Positions 47,537 through 57,069 of a stretch of DNA of 64,000 nucleotides are shown here, one piece after another. Position 1 is the stretch's first letter. Each line of letters starts with the position of its first letter. The position numbers and the translations under genes are program-made. Source of the DNA: Candidatus Thorarchaeota archaeon (lineage in GTDB: Archaea; Asgardarchaeota; Thorarchaeia; Thorarchaeales; Thorarchaeaceae); contig JBHLRS010000001.1 in NCBI GenBank assembly GCA_048882325.1, positions 64,001-128,000 on the forward strand. The letters run 5' to 3'. The notes below the pieces were generated by a model, which did not search any database, was not told the origin of the DNA, and was given only the letters and a program-made list of their open reading frames with translations.

Positions 47537-50137
47537 TCACGACTTTCGACGCTTTATCTCATCTTGGATTTCCTTGAGTTCGTTTAAAGCATCCATTGGT
47601 GTTGTTCTGTCCAGGTCCATATGTTCTATTTTCTCAACGATTGGATCATCAATGACAAGAGCCTCTAGACTCGCTTGCTCAGTATTCTCAAAGTCCGCAT
47701 CTGTCAGGTCGACCGCTGAGATGTTCTCCTTCTCAAGTCTGACCAAAAGCTCCTTTGCGCGTCTGACTACTTCATCTGGAACACCAGCTAATGCCGCCAC
47801 ATGCACTCCATAGCTCCTATCGGTTCCGCCATCTACCACCTTATGAAGGAAGACAATGGTATCACCTGACTCCTTAGCTAGAGTGTGTACATTTTTGACC
47901 CCATGATATAGTTTCGACATATCTGTCAACTGATGAAAGTGAGTAGCAAAGAGAGCTCTTGTCTTCATCTGGACAATTCGCTCAGCAACAGCCCACGCTA
48001 GAGCCATCCCATCAAATGTTGATGTCCCTCGACCTATCTCATCCAGTATAACCAGACTCTTCTCGGTTGCATTGTTCAGGATGTTTGCGGTTTCAACCAT
48101 TTCAACCATGAACGTACTCTGTCGGGCAGTGAGATCATCAAATGCACCAACTCTGGTGAATATCCTATCAACGAGTCCTATCTCTGCACTCTTTGCAGGG
48201 ACGAAGGTTCCCATCTGAGCTAGTAACACTATGATGGCACATTGACGCATGTAGGTACTTTTCCCAGCCATATTGGGACCTGTCACAATCATCAGTGTTG
48301 TCCCTCCATCACCAATCTCAATGCTATTGGGCACGAACTCATTAGGTCCAAGCATGACCTCAAGTGATGCATGTCTTCCATCAGTTATCTTGATGCGTGT
48401 GCTGTCTGTGATCTTTGGTCTGCTATAGCGTCTAGTGACTGCAACATCTGCTAGAGACACCAGAACATCTGCAGTTGCTACAGCATCTGAGTCCTGCCGT
48501 AAGCTGCTGGTGACTTTCCTGATTTGTTCGCGGAGACCCTCGTACAACTCGTACTCAACCTTGTTGATCCGTTCCTCTCCTGCAAGAACAGTGGACTCTT
48601 TCTCCTTAAGGTCGGGTGTGATGAACCTCTCTGCATTGGCTAAGGTCTGCTTGCGTTCATACTCATCAGGCACCATTGAAAGGTTGGCTTTCGTAACCTC
48701 AATATAGTAACCAAAGACCTTGTTGAAGCCAACTTTTAATGTCTTGATTCCAGTTCTTCTTCGCTCAGACGTTTGCAGAGATGCAATCCATTTCTTGTCG
48801 GAAGAAATTGTGTCCTTCAGCTCATCAAGTTCTTGGCTGAAACCTCTTAGTATCATGCCTCCATCTCGCACTGAAACAGGTGGGTCATCCACAATTGCGG
48901 ACTTCAATGTTTTGTGAAGCTTGGTGAATGGGTCAATAGAACTTGCTGACTCCTTCAATATCTCACTTTTGCACTCTGAGAGGGACATCTTGATCTTAGG
49001 GAGTTTCGCAAGAGCATTCCTAAGAGCCAAGAGGTCTCGTGCGTTGGCCGAACCAAACACAATCCTGCTGGTGATTCTCTCCAGGTCTCCCAAATCTCTA
49101 AGACTGTTTGAGATTTCCTTTCTATGAAGGGCATCTCGTGCTAGTTCCTCTATAGCATCCTGTCTTTTCTCTATCTCCTTGAGGTTACGGAGGGGTCTCA
49201 GCATCCATTGTTTCAACTTCCGTTTCCCCATGGGAGTTACTGTCTTTGAGAGCACCGAGAGTAATGTCCCCCTAGTACTGCCATCCCTCGCATTCTTGAC
49301 AAGCTCTAGATTGCGTTGTGTTGTTGGATCGACTATCATATGCGCCTCAACGCTATAGGTACGAATTCCAGAAACTGTCATAGTCCCTGTTTTGTGAACA
49401 TCATTCAAATACGATAGGACCGCACCAACAGCTCCAAGAGCCACACGCTTATCGCTCAGTCCATATCCATCCAGAGTTGTTACTCCAAATTGTTCTTTCA
49501 CAAGTTCTTCCGCATTCCGTACTGAATAGTCAGTGTCAGCTCGGAAAGTGACTTTAACACCCATCTCCTCAAGGATCGTCTTGAGATTCGATTTTGCTGT
49601 CGAGTCAGGAAGGAGAATCTCCGAGGGTGAGAACTTACCTATCTCGTTCATCGTTGTTTCGCCATCAAGTGAGGCTTCGAACTCTGTGGCAAGAAACTCT
49701 CCGGTTGAAACATCAACTGCTGACAGTCCAATCAAGTCCTCATGTTGCACCAAAGAAACTAGATAGTTGTTGGTTGTGTCATCAAGCATTGTACTCTCAA
49801 GAACTGTGCCTGGTGTTACAACTCGAACGACATCTCGTTTCACTAGCCCCTTTGCCTGCGATGCCTCCTCAACCTGTCGTGCGATGGCCACAGTATAACC
49901 TGCCTGTAGAAGTTTGGCGATGTACCCATCTACAGAATGATTAGGTACTCCACACATTGGCCACTTGTCTATCCCTTCTCCCCGTGCAGTGAGTACAATA
50001 TCCAAGATTTTACTTGCAATCTTGGCATCCTCATTGAACATCTCATGAAAATCCCCAAGTTGATACATGAGTATGCAATCGGGATATTGTCTCTTCAACT
50101 GAAGATATTGCCTCTGCATAGGGGTTTCTTTACTCAC
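47537..50137 (-). CDS. mutS: DNA mismatch repair protein MutS (MutS1)
   Basis: TPMQRQY, GDFHE, TGPNMAGKST, STFMVEM, DEIGRGTST, ATHF, SYGVHVA. Confidence 0.97.
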   Translation of the reverse strand: MSKETPMQRQYLQLKRQYPDCILMYQLGDFHEMFNEDAKIASKILDIVLTARGEGIDKWPMCGVPNHSVDGYIAKLLQAGYTVAIARQVEEASQAKGLVKRDVVRVVTPGTVLESTMLDDTTNNYLVSLVQHEDLIGLSAVDVSTGEFLATEFEASLDGETTMNEIGKFSPSEILLPDSTAKSNLKTILEEMGVKVTFRADTDYSVRNAEELVKEQFGVTTLDGYGLSDKRVALGAVGAVLSYLNDVHKTGTMTVSGIRTYSVEAHMIVDPTTQRNLELVKNARDGSTRGTLLSVLSKTVTPMGKRKLKQWMLRPLRNLKEIEKRQDAIEELARDALHRKEISNSLRDLGDLERITSRIVFGSANARDLLALRNALAKLPKIKMSLSECKSEILKESASSIDPFTKLHKTLKSAIVDDPPVSVRDGGMILRGFSQELDELKDTISSDKKWIASLQTSERRRTGIKTLKVGFNKVFGYYIEVTKANLSMVPDEYERKQTLANAERFITPDLKEKESTVLAGEERINKVEYELYEGLREQIRKVTSSLRQDSDAVATADVLVSLADVAVTRRYSRPKITDSTRIKITDGRHASLEVMLGPNEFVPNSIEIGDGGTTLMIVTGPNMAGKSTYMRQCAIIVLLAQMGTFVPAKSAEIGLVDRIFTRVGAFDDLTARQSTFMVEMVETANILNNATEKSLVILDEIGRGTSTFDGMALAWAVAERIVQMKTRALFATHFHQLTDMSKLYHGVKNVHTLAKESGDTIVFLHKVVDGGTDRSYGVHVAALAGVPDEVVRRAKELLVRLEKENISAVDLTDADFENTEQASLEALVIDDPIVEKIEHMDLDRTTPMDALNELKEIQDEIKRRKS

Positions 50138-50386
50138 TCTTGCTCCCTGCTTCTCTTATTTCCGACTGCTTCTTTAATAATGGCATCGACAAAATGGTTC
50201 CGGTTAATAATTCATGTCTTGAGTAAAATTTGTCCATAATCGAACACTGACACTTTTCATTTTGCAACTTACTGATCTAATTTTTTAACGTGTAGATTAC
50301 AGTTAGTCCATTATCAAATAAGCTTGAGTTAAAAGGAACAATTAAGAGGGTCTTTGAATCGATTTGAGAGCGACAGGGTGCAATTC

Positions 50387-51013
50387 TTGAGAACACGCAT
50401 TCTAGGACTCTCCGGAAGTCCGAGGACGAGCAGCAACACCGCGATACTTGTGGAAACAGCTCTCGATGCTGCAGAGAAAGCAGGTGCAGTAATAGAGTTT
50501 CTAGACTTGTCTGCACTCGATATTCGAATGTGTGAACATTGCAGTGAGTGCTCTCAAACTGAAAGGTGCAAACTTAATGATGACTTGAACAAAGTTGCTG
50601 ATAAGATGAGAGTTGCTGATGGCATCATCTTTGGCTCTCCAGACCACCATGCATCCGTGGCCGCACCTTTGAAAAATGTGATGGATCGTACAGGCCGTTT
50701 CATGAAGCTTGAGGGCAAGGTTGGTGCTAGCATTGTCGTTGGTCGTAGATCAGGTACTGACATCACAATGACTCAGATGTTGTTTTTCATGTTAGTCAAA
50801 GAGATGATTGTACCTGGTGGAGTACATTGGCCAATAGGTTTTGCATTGAATGCTGGAGACATTCGAGCTGATACTGAAGCTATTGCCATGGCAAAACAAA
50901 TGGGGACACGCATTACTCAACTTGCTACGAATTTAGTTAGAAATCCTGTGCCTTGGGCGCATGAACCAAGACCAACCGGACAAAAAGTCCGTTTTGGACA
51001 TGAGTGGCAATAA
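50387..51013 (+). CDS. Iron-sulfur flavoprotein / flavodoxin-family FMN reductase
   Basis: GLSGSPR..SNT, CEHCSECSQTERC, ADGIIFGSP; TTG start after GGGTG. Confidence 0.88.
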   Translation: MRTRILGLSGSPRTSSNTAILVETALDAAEKAGAVIEFLDLSALDIRMCEHCSECSQTERCKLNDDLNKVADKMRVADGIIFGSPDHHASVAAPLKNVMDRTGRFMKLEGKVGASIVVGRRSGTDITMTQMLFFMLVKEMIVPGGVHWPIGFALNAGDIRADTEAIAMAKQMGTRITQLATNLVRNPVPWAHEPRPTGQKVRFGHEWQ

Positions 51014-51400
51014 TCACGTCGTCGTGGACGCTTCATACTTACTCGGACAAGATGTCAATATTTTCGTAGCGTGTATGAGCGACGCTGACTGCAACTGACC
51101 AATGGCTACTATCTCCTGACCATCTATCAGATTCGGAGTATCTCCAAGTATAAGCACCGTGATTGTGTGATTCTCACCTTCCATCACCAATGTCACATTC
51201 TCTGATGTTGTTGCCAGTGAACCAGCTTGATATGCTCCCTTGACCTGAATGTTGCGACCCATGTACGGATCGGGATTTGTGACAACCTCATCAACTGCTA
51301 GATATGGATCTACGAATAGGTTCAGCATAGCAAATGCAACGAAACCAATTGTTGCAACCAAGATGATTGCTACAGCTGCCATTCGCGTTCTCTTCTTCAT
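51014..51400 (-). CDS. ccmE: Cytochrome c maturation heme chaperone CcmE (CxxxY type)
   Basis: N-terminal TM, OB-fold-like body, C-terminal CPSKY. Confidence 0.9.
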   Translation of the reverse strand: MKKRTRMAAVAIILVATIGFVAFAMLNLFVDPYLAVDEVVTNPDPYMGRNIQVKGAYQAGSLATTSENVTLVMEGENHTITVLILGDTPNLIDGQEIVAIGQLQSASLIHATKILTSCPSKYEASTTT

Positions 51401-51402
51401 TA

Positions 51403-51543
51403 CTACTGGTCTCCTTCTAGCTGTGAATCCACCATCTTGAGTTGCTTCTCTATTCCTATCATCCTCAATAAAAGATATGCTAGGAATACAAAGATGCCTC
51501 CCCAGAGGATAACGGCTACAATGAACAATTCAAATTGCTGCAT
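51403..51543 (-). CDS. ccmD: Heme exporter protein CcmD (46 aa, absent from the ORF track)
   Basis: Manual translation MQQFELFIVAVILWGGIFVFLAYLLLRMIGIEKQLKMVDSQLEGDQ; single TM plus charged tail; fills the ccmC-ccmE gap. Confidence 0.8.
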   Translation of the reverse strand: MQQFELFIVAVILWGGIFVFLAYLLLRMIGIEKQLKMVDSQLEGDQ

Positions 51544-51547
51544 GACG

Positions 51548-52216
51548 TTAACTCCTTTCCATTCTTATTCTCATCAATTTTTCTTGAGCTGAATCAATTT
51601 TGTATGACAAATCCACCATGATCAAAGCGATGAACGTAACTGCGATCATCGCAACGAACAAAGTCATCATATGTTCAACTTCCATTTGGAGCCCTGATGG
51701 CTCAATGACTATTGGGTGTAGAGTATCCCAAATTCGAATTGAAAGATAGCTCAATATTACCATTGGGAATGCTACAATTCCAAAAATTGAACCAAACTGA
51801 GCTCTGGACTCACGATCACCAACTGAGGCTCGATATGCTAGAATACACGCGTACGCCACCCACAGTATTAGAGTGGTTGTTTCTCGAGGATCCCAGTTCC
51901 AGTATGAATTCCAAGCTGCATTGGCCCACATCATTCCAGAAAGCAAGGTTATCGTTGTGAACAACAAGCCAAGCTTGATTGCTACTGCTCCAAGGATATC
52001 ATATTTCAAATCTCCTTTCCAGAGATACATTACACTGCAGAGTAATGTCCCCCCAAATAGTCCATATGCCACAAGTGCGGGTGCTACGTGCTGAAAGAAG
52101 ATTCGAACATTCTCTCCCAGCTGGACATCTGGTGGTGCGAAGATCCAAGTCATATAGACATACAAGAGTGCTATCGCTGCGGTGATTCCAAGAAAAATCA
52201 GCTGGGTTTTTCTCAC
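51548..52216 (-). CDS. ccmC: Heme exporter protein CcmC
   Basis: IFFQHV, WWD motif WANAAWNSYWNWDPRET, TLHP. Confidence 0.92.
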   Translation of the reverse strand: MRKTQLIFLGITAAIALLYVYMTWIFAPPDVQLGENVRIFFQHVAPALVAYGLFGGTLLCSVMYLWKGDLKYDILGAVAIKLGLLFTTITLLSGMMWANAAWNSYWNWDPRETTTLILWVAYACILAYRASVGDRESRAQFGSIFGIVAFPMVILSYLSIRIWDTLHPIVIEPSGLQMEVEHMMTLFVAMIAVTFIALIMVDLSYKIDSAQEKLMRIRMERS

Positions 52217-52294
52217 GGTTTTTCAACTCGAATTGTCGGCGGACAACACAGTTCGTAATATGAAGGTTTTGTTAACAGTGTTAACATCAAAGCT

Positions 52295-52993
52295 TCACGG
52301 TGAAAGTGCGAAGTGAAACACTGATGCTGATAGTGTCAACATTGCTATCAGATGTGCTAGTAGAATTTCGAAAATGAACAAAACTGTTAGACCCATCCCT
52401 AATACTAGTGCGCCTGTTCCAAGGACAGCAATTTTGGTGAGTTCGATTAACAACATCAGACCTGAGATTGCTGTTGGGAAGTATACCAAGGGAAAAATGG
52501 TCGACTTCGACTCTGATGGCATCGTCAAGGCTGATGCCATTGATCCCACTGCTGCCAAGTCCAATGTACCGATGAGAATAGTGGCCATCATTAGTGGGAG
52601 GTCATTGAATATAGAGAAACCAAACAATACCGAGATGATAGGAACCAGAAAAATCTCCACGAGTCCCATTAGTAAAAATCCATAGACTACCTTTCCTAGA
52701 TATACAGACCATGCTGGAATTGGAGCTGTGGCTAAACCTCGAAGTGTGCCTGTTTCTGCTTCTGAAAGGAATATAGGTGCAAATCCAAACATGCCTGTGA
52801 AGAATATGATGACCCAAAGCAAAGCGCTACCAACTTCTTGTGGCACTATTCCTCCTGTGACTACTGCAAAGGAAAAGGCTAGAACTGCAATCAATGCAAA
52901 GAGGAACATCGAGAACATTTCGAACTTCTTACGAAATTGAGTGAGAATGTCTTTCTTCGCGATTGCCAGTGCTGCACCTAGTCCTGATGTCAT
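52295..52993 (-). CDS. ccmB: Heme exporter protein CcmB
   Basis: 6 TM helices; KDI, LLWV, E.ETGTL, YLGK, FP motifs; located between ccmA and ccmC. Confidence 0.85.
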   Translation of the reverse strand: MTSGLGAALAIAKKDILTQFRKKFEMFSMFLFALIAVLAFSFAVVTGGIVPQEVGSALLWVIIFFTGMFGFAPIFLSEAETGTLRGLATAPIPAWSVYLGKVVYGFLLMGLVEIFLVPIISVLFGFSIFNDLPLMMATILIGTLDLAAVGSMASALTMPSESKSTIFPLVYFPTAISGLMLLIELTKIAVLGTGALVLGMGLTVLFIFEILLAHLIAMLTLSASVFHFALSP

Positions 52994-53002
52994 CCTTACA
53001 CC

Positions 53003-53680
53003 TCACAGAGATTGGTCAAATTCAGATATTGGACCTTGGCTTACAACCACACCCTTTCTAAGTGTCACATACTCATCACACAATGCTGCACCATATGCAA
53101 GATTGTGTGTTGTTACAATAGTCGTTCTTGCATTCCTATACTCATTCAGGTATTCCCAGAAGTCTTCAGTTGTGTCTTTATCCAGCCCACTGAAAGGCTC
53201 ATCCAGAAGCAACAATTCAGGATCGTGTATCAGACTTCGGACAATATCGAACCTTTTCTTCAGACCCGTTGAGAGATTCTTCACAGGTTCTTCAAGCCAT
53301 GTATTAATGGAAAATCGTGTGGTCAAATCCGCGACCTGAGATTCAAAAAACTCTGCTGCGAGCCCGTAGAGTTTCCCGTAGAACTTAAGATTCTCCAGAC
53401 CTGTCAGTTCCTCGTAGAGAAGCACTTTGTCACCTACCAGCCCGATTCTGCTTTTCACCTCTTCAGGCTCTTCCTGAGGATCAAATCCCATCACAGAGAT
53501 TTGCCCTCCATGAGGTCTCAGAAGGGTGGAGATGACTCGCATGAGCGTTGTCTTGCCCGCTCCATTGGATCCAAAGAGACCATGAACCCCTCCCTTCGAA
53601 AACCTGAGTGAAACTTTCCTTAATGCGACTCTGTAGCCATAGCGTCTTGTGAGTTCGTTTGTTTCTATGGCTACTGTCAC
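53003..53680 (-). CDS. ccmA: Heme ABC exporter ATP-binding protein CcmA
   Basis: GSNGAGKTT, LSTG, LLLLDEPFSGLD, H-loop; GTG start after AGGTGG. Confidence 0.85.
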   Translation of the reverse strand: MTVAIETNELTRRYGYRVALRKVSLRFSKGGVHGLFGSNGAGKTTLMRVISTLLRPHGGQISVMGFDPQEEPEEVKSRIGLVGDKVLLYEELTGLENLKFYGKLYGLAAEFFESQVADLTTRFSINTWLEEPVKNLSTGLKKRFDIVRSLIHDPELLLLDEPFSGLDKDTTEDFWEYLNEYRNARTTIVTTHNLAYGAALCDEYVTLRKGVVVSQGPISEFDQSL

Positions 53681-53787
53681 TAGTTGATCCACCTTTGATG
53701 TCAGCTGAACGCACTTGAAACCCTTATTTAATGTGCTGGATGAATGCCTCATGCTTTAACTTGGTTCAGCTGATGCTGAGGATGTTG

Positions 53788-55005
53788 TTACTCAAGTCCC
53801 ATCAAACTCATGAATAGGTCCTCAATATTGAGTACCTTGATATCCACTCCACGTTTTTTCACGGCATCAAGAAAGTTCAACTTACAGAACACACAGGATG
53901 AAACAACAGTTGTTGCTCCAGTTTCGAGGGCCTGATTTAACCTTCTCTCAGCCACATTGATCGCATTCTCGCCGAATCCAGCCTTGAATCCTCCTCCGGC
54001 TCCGCAACAAACAGAGTTTTGCCTGTTCCGCTCCATTTCAACGAAATTAATTCCAGGGATACTTTTTAGTATCTCTCTAGGTGGTTCAAAGATGCCAACA
54101 TGTCGGCCGAGATGGCAAGGATCGTGGTATGTTACTGTTTCGGGGTAATCCTTCTTCCACTCGAGCTCTCCTTTTTTCAGCTTGAGAGCCAAGAATTGTG
54201 TAAGATGTTGGGTAGAGAAGGGGAGAATACCATGTCTTTCTCTGTAATATCTGGGCCAATCTAAAGTTGTTGTCCGATAACATCCTGAGCATGAGAAGAT
54301 GACATGCTTGATACCTCTAGACTTCATTTGCTCAACATTATGAACGATGAACTTCTCAGCCTCGAGTGTTCCTAGCAGCTCCATCTCACCATCCTCTGAC
54401 TCCTCGTGAATCGGACGAACCACCTGTCCTGTTCTAATCAATGGGCTACAACAACAGTATTCATCAGCTCCAAGAATCTGAGGTTCAACTCCAAAGTAGT
54501 TGAGCATTCGAAGAGTCGCATCAGCAATCTCTGGTCTCTTGTACGATGCTGTGCATCCTACAAAATAACCCCACTCAGAATCTTCCGAGATTCTTGTATC
54601 TGGTTGGACCCAGTCACCTCGTTCCCTAGGGTTCTCTCCAAACACATTGTTGAATTTAAATGCCATATCACCCATGACATGCAATTTTCCATAGGGCCCC
54701 TTGCCCATCTGAACGAGTTTTTTCCGAACATCCTCGATTATTCTGACATATGGTACTTTGATAGGACACCTCTCGACACACTGTTCGCAGGTACTGCACG
54801 CATATACTGCTCGTATGAATCCTTCATCAACAGGTAGATTCTTCTCAACATATGATCGTAAAAGTCTAAGACGTCCTCCAGCGAAGTACGCTTCCGACTT
54901 AAACTCCTCATAACTAGTGCATGTCCATCTGCATGTCGAGCAATTACTACATAGGACAATCTGGTCAGGATCCACATCAAGCTCAGGTGTAAAGAATCGC
55001 GCCAT
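53788..55005 (-). CDS. Fe-S oxidoreductase, HdrD/GlpC/GlcF-like (2x[4Fe-4S] plus 2 CCG domains)
   Basis: CSNCSTCRWTC, CSTCEQCVERCP, GCT, CCCSP, CSGC, YHDPCHLGR, CCGAGGG, CVFC. Confidence 0.9.
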   Translation of the reverse strand: MARFFTPELDVDPDQIVLCSNCSTCRWTCTSYEEFKSEAYFAGGRLRLLRSYVEKNLPVDEGFIRAVYACSTCEQCVERCPIKVPYVRIIEDVRKKLVQMGKGPYGKLHVMGDMAFKFNNVFGENPRERGDWVQPDTRISEDSEWGYFVGCTASYKRPEIADATLRMLNYFGVEPQILGADEYCCCSPLIRTGQVVRPIHEESEDGEMELLGTLEAEKFIVHNVEQMKSRGIKHVIFSCSGCYRTTTLDWPRYYRERHGILPFSTQHLTQFLALKLKKGELEWKKDYPETVTYHDPCHLGRHVGIFEPPREILKSIPGINFVEMERNRQNSVCCGAGGGFKAGFGENAINVAERRLNQALETGATTVVSSCVFCKLNFLDAVKKRGVDIKVLNIEDLFMSLMGLE

Positions 55006-56487
55006 CTAGAAACTTCCCTCCTGGTATGATACTGGAATCTGTAGAATCTTCTTCGCTCTTCGGAGTAATGCCTGCAACCTCCGGAAGTTTCCATTCATTG
55101 TAAACATGAGATTCAATCGTGTGTATGACATGACACAATGTGTCAACTTGTCAGGATTCATTATTCCTTTCGGATCCCAAGTTTTACGAAGTTCCTTATA
55201 GCGCTTGTAATCTTCAGGTTGGTATTTCTTGATGTAGACGGTGTTCTGGAGCCCTAAAGTATAGAGCCTACCACCTCGTCGATACATCATTTTTACAAGT
55301 TTGTGAAGCATAGATTTTCCAGACATAAAATGCATCCAATGCCTGTGGTCTGAGGGAGCAAACACGCAAAGTCGGGCCATTGAAGAGCTACCAAGAACGC
55401 AATAGAAACAAGAATTGATGTGGTAGTTGCTTGCGATTTTGTACATCTTCCTTACGATTGGCTCAATATGCTGAATCGGAATCCAGAAATTCTGCATTGA
55501 CAGTGTGGGGACCTCGAGCTTCAGTTTCATCTCGACGATGTTTCTGTCTTCCCAATTCTTGTTGTAGTAATCCTGTTGCATCTCCTCTCCACCCGCAACC
55601 TCAAAAATACCGCGGGCAGTTTTCATTGATTCAGCTACTTCATCTGCGGGTCCGCCATATGTTACCATAACAAAGAACAGCCCCGATGTCCCCGGTGGTA
55701 GACCTCCTTGAATCCGCCACTCGTATTCAAGGTCCGTCAGTCTTAAGTAGACTGGTTGTGTTTTCGTCTTACTTAACCGGGAAAGAGCATCCACGGCTTT
55801 ATGCAGGTCGTCGAACGCAAACATAAAGCCCTGAATTTCTTCTGGTATCGGAATCACTTTCATCTTTATGGTTGTGACAACCCCAGCAATCCCAGAAGTT
55901 CCAAAGAATGGCTTCATGTCTTCTCCCGTTACCGTATCGATAGTGCCATCTGGTCTAACAACTTCCATCTCAAGCACATTTTCAATCATTGAACCATACT
56001 TCGGGGTTCCGACTCCAGCCGAACCACCAATTGCTAACCAACCAGCAAGGGTAGATGCCACACCACTCTGAGGTGCAGATGGTATTGCCAAGCCATGTTT
56101 GCTTAAATCATTGTTGAGAATCTCCCAAACAGCGCCTGCTTCTACTATTATCCACCCATCATCTTTGTTTACTTCTTTGAGTTTATCCATGCGTTTTGTG
56201 TCAATCACAATTCCGCCCCTTGTCGGACTTGCTGAACCATAGTAGCACGTCCCTCCACCTCTTGGAATGATGGGTATTTTCTTCTTTGAGGCGAATTGAA
56301 TAATTTGTGATACTTCTTCACTTGACTCTGGCCACGCTACATAGTCTGCAAGCCATTTCTTTTTCCATCTATAGTGATAATATGGGATTCCGGTTGTATC
56401 TCCACTTGCAGATAGACGCTCAGCAATCAGGTCACTAACCCATGGCACTTCGGAAAGTTTTGTGATTTGGTCTGTTGAATTCATCAT
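55006..56487 (-). CDS. FAD-binding oxidoreductase (PCMH/GlcD-like)
   Basis: PRGGGT, TLAGW, GTSGIAGVVT, WDPKGIMNP. Confidence 0.88.
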   Translation of the reverse strand: MMNSTDQITKLSEVPWVSDLIAERLSASGDTTGIPYYHYRWKKKWLADYVAWPESSEEVSQIIQFASKKKIPIIPRGGGTCYYGSASPTRGGIVIDTKRMDKLKEVNKDDGWIIVEAGAVWEILNNDLSKHGLAIPSAPQSGVASTLAGWLAIGGSAGVGTPKYGSMIENVLEMEVVRPDGTIDTVTGEDMKPFFGTSGIAGVVTTIKMKVIPIPEEIQGFMFAFDDLHKAVDALSRLSKTKTQPVYLRLTDLEYEWRIQGGLPPGTSGLFFVMVTYGGPADEVAESMKTARGIFEVAGGEEMQQDYYNKNWEDRNIVEMKLKLEVPTLSMQNFWIPIQHIEPIVRKMYKIASNYHINSCFYCVLGSSSMARLCVFAPSDHRHWMHFMSGKSMLHKLVKMMYRRGGRLYTLGLQNTVYIKKYQPEDYKRYKELRKTWDPKGIMNPDKLTHCVMSYTRLNLMFTMNGNFRRLQALLRRAKKILQIPVSYQEGSF

Positions 56488-56496
56488 TATTCACCT

Positions 56497-56907
56497 CTAG
56501 GCAATATATAGAAGATATCCCATGACAAAGACTATTGTCCAACATGTTGCAGCAGTCAGACCAGGTATTTGTGTTCGAATGCCTGATATGCCAGTAAGAA
56601 AGGCACCAACACCAGCCAAGTACCCAATCACACCTAAACCAATATGGATTAGATGAAACAGATCCGCGCTTCCTGATCTCAACACCGTGTCTGTAAGTGG
56701 GAGAATCGCTACGATATTGACTGATGTCAGTAACAAGGCCAGTCCTGCACATACTCCATGGACAAAGGTGTATTTCTCTTTAGAAATGTAATATAATGAA
56801 GTACCAATATAGAGGAGTATCAGTGCGGGAAGTCCAAGTATGACGCTCATGTGTACATTGCCGATTTGTAATGCCTGAAGTTGACTAGTTATCATAGTTG
56901 TAGTCAT
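56497..56907 (-). CDS. 4-TM membrane protein with intramembrane His residues (putative heme b binding)
   Basis: Four TM helices; FVHG and FHLIHIGLG; AGGAGGT SD. Confidence 0.55.
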   Translation of the reverse strand: MTTTMITSQLQALQIGNVHMSVILGLPALILLYIGTSLYYISKEKYTFVHGVCAGLALLLTSVNIVAILPLTDTVLRSGSADLFHLIHIGLGVIGYLAGVGAFLTGISGIRTQIPGLTAATCWTIVFVMGYLLYIA

Positions 56908-57059
56908 TCAGATACCTCCTTGAGTGAGAAATGATGTTTTGATGGCTTGCACGAAAGAAAAACAAGTTGCAGAAGGTCACCTCTTTCTGAAAATGGATAG
57001 AATAAGTATTGAATTGGTGCTTTCATTACATTCAAGCCCTGGTCACATCCAACATTCAT
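56904..57059 (-). CDS. Possible 51-aa small protein
   Basis: AGGAGGT upstream; open frame fills the whole gap; TGA overlaps the next ATG (ATGA). Confidence 0.3.
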   Translation of the reverse strand: MNVGCDQGLNVMKAPIQYLFYPFSERGDLLQLVFLSCKPSKHHFSLKEVSE

Positions 57060-57069
57060 TCTACCTCCT

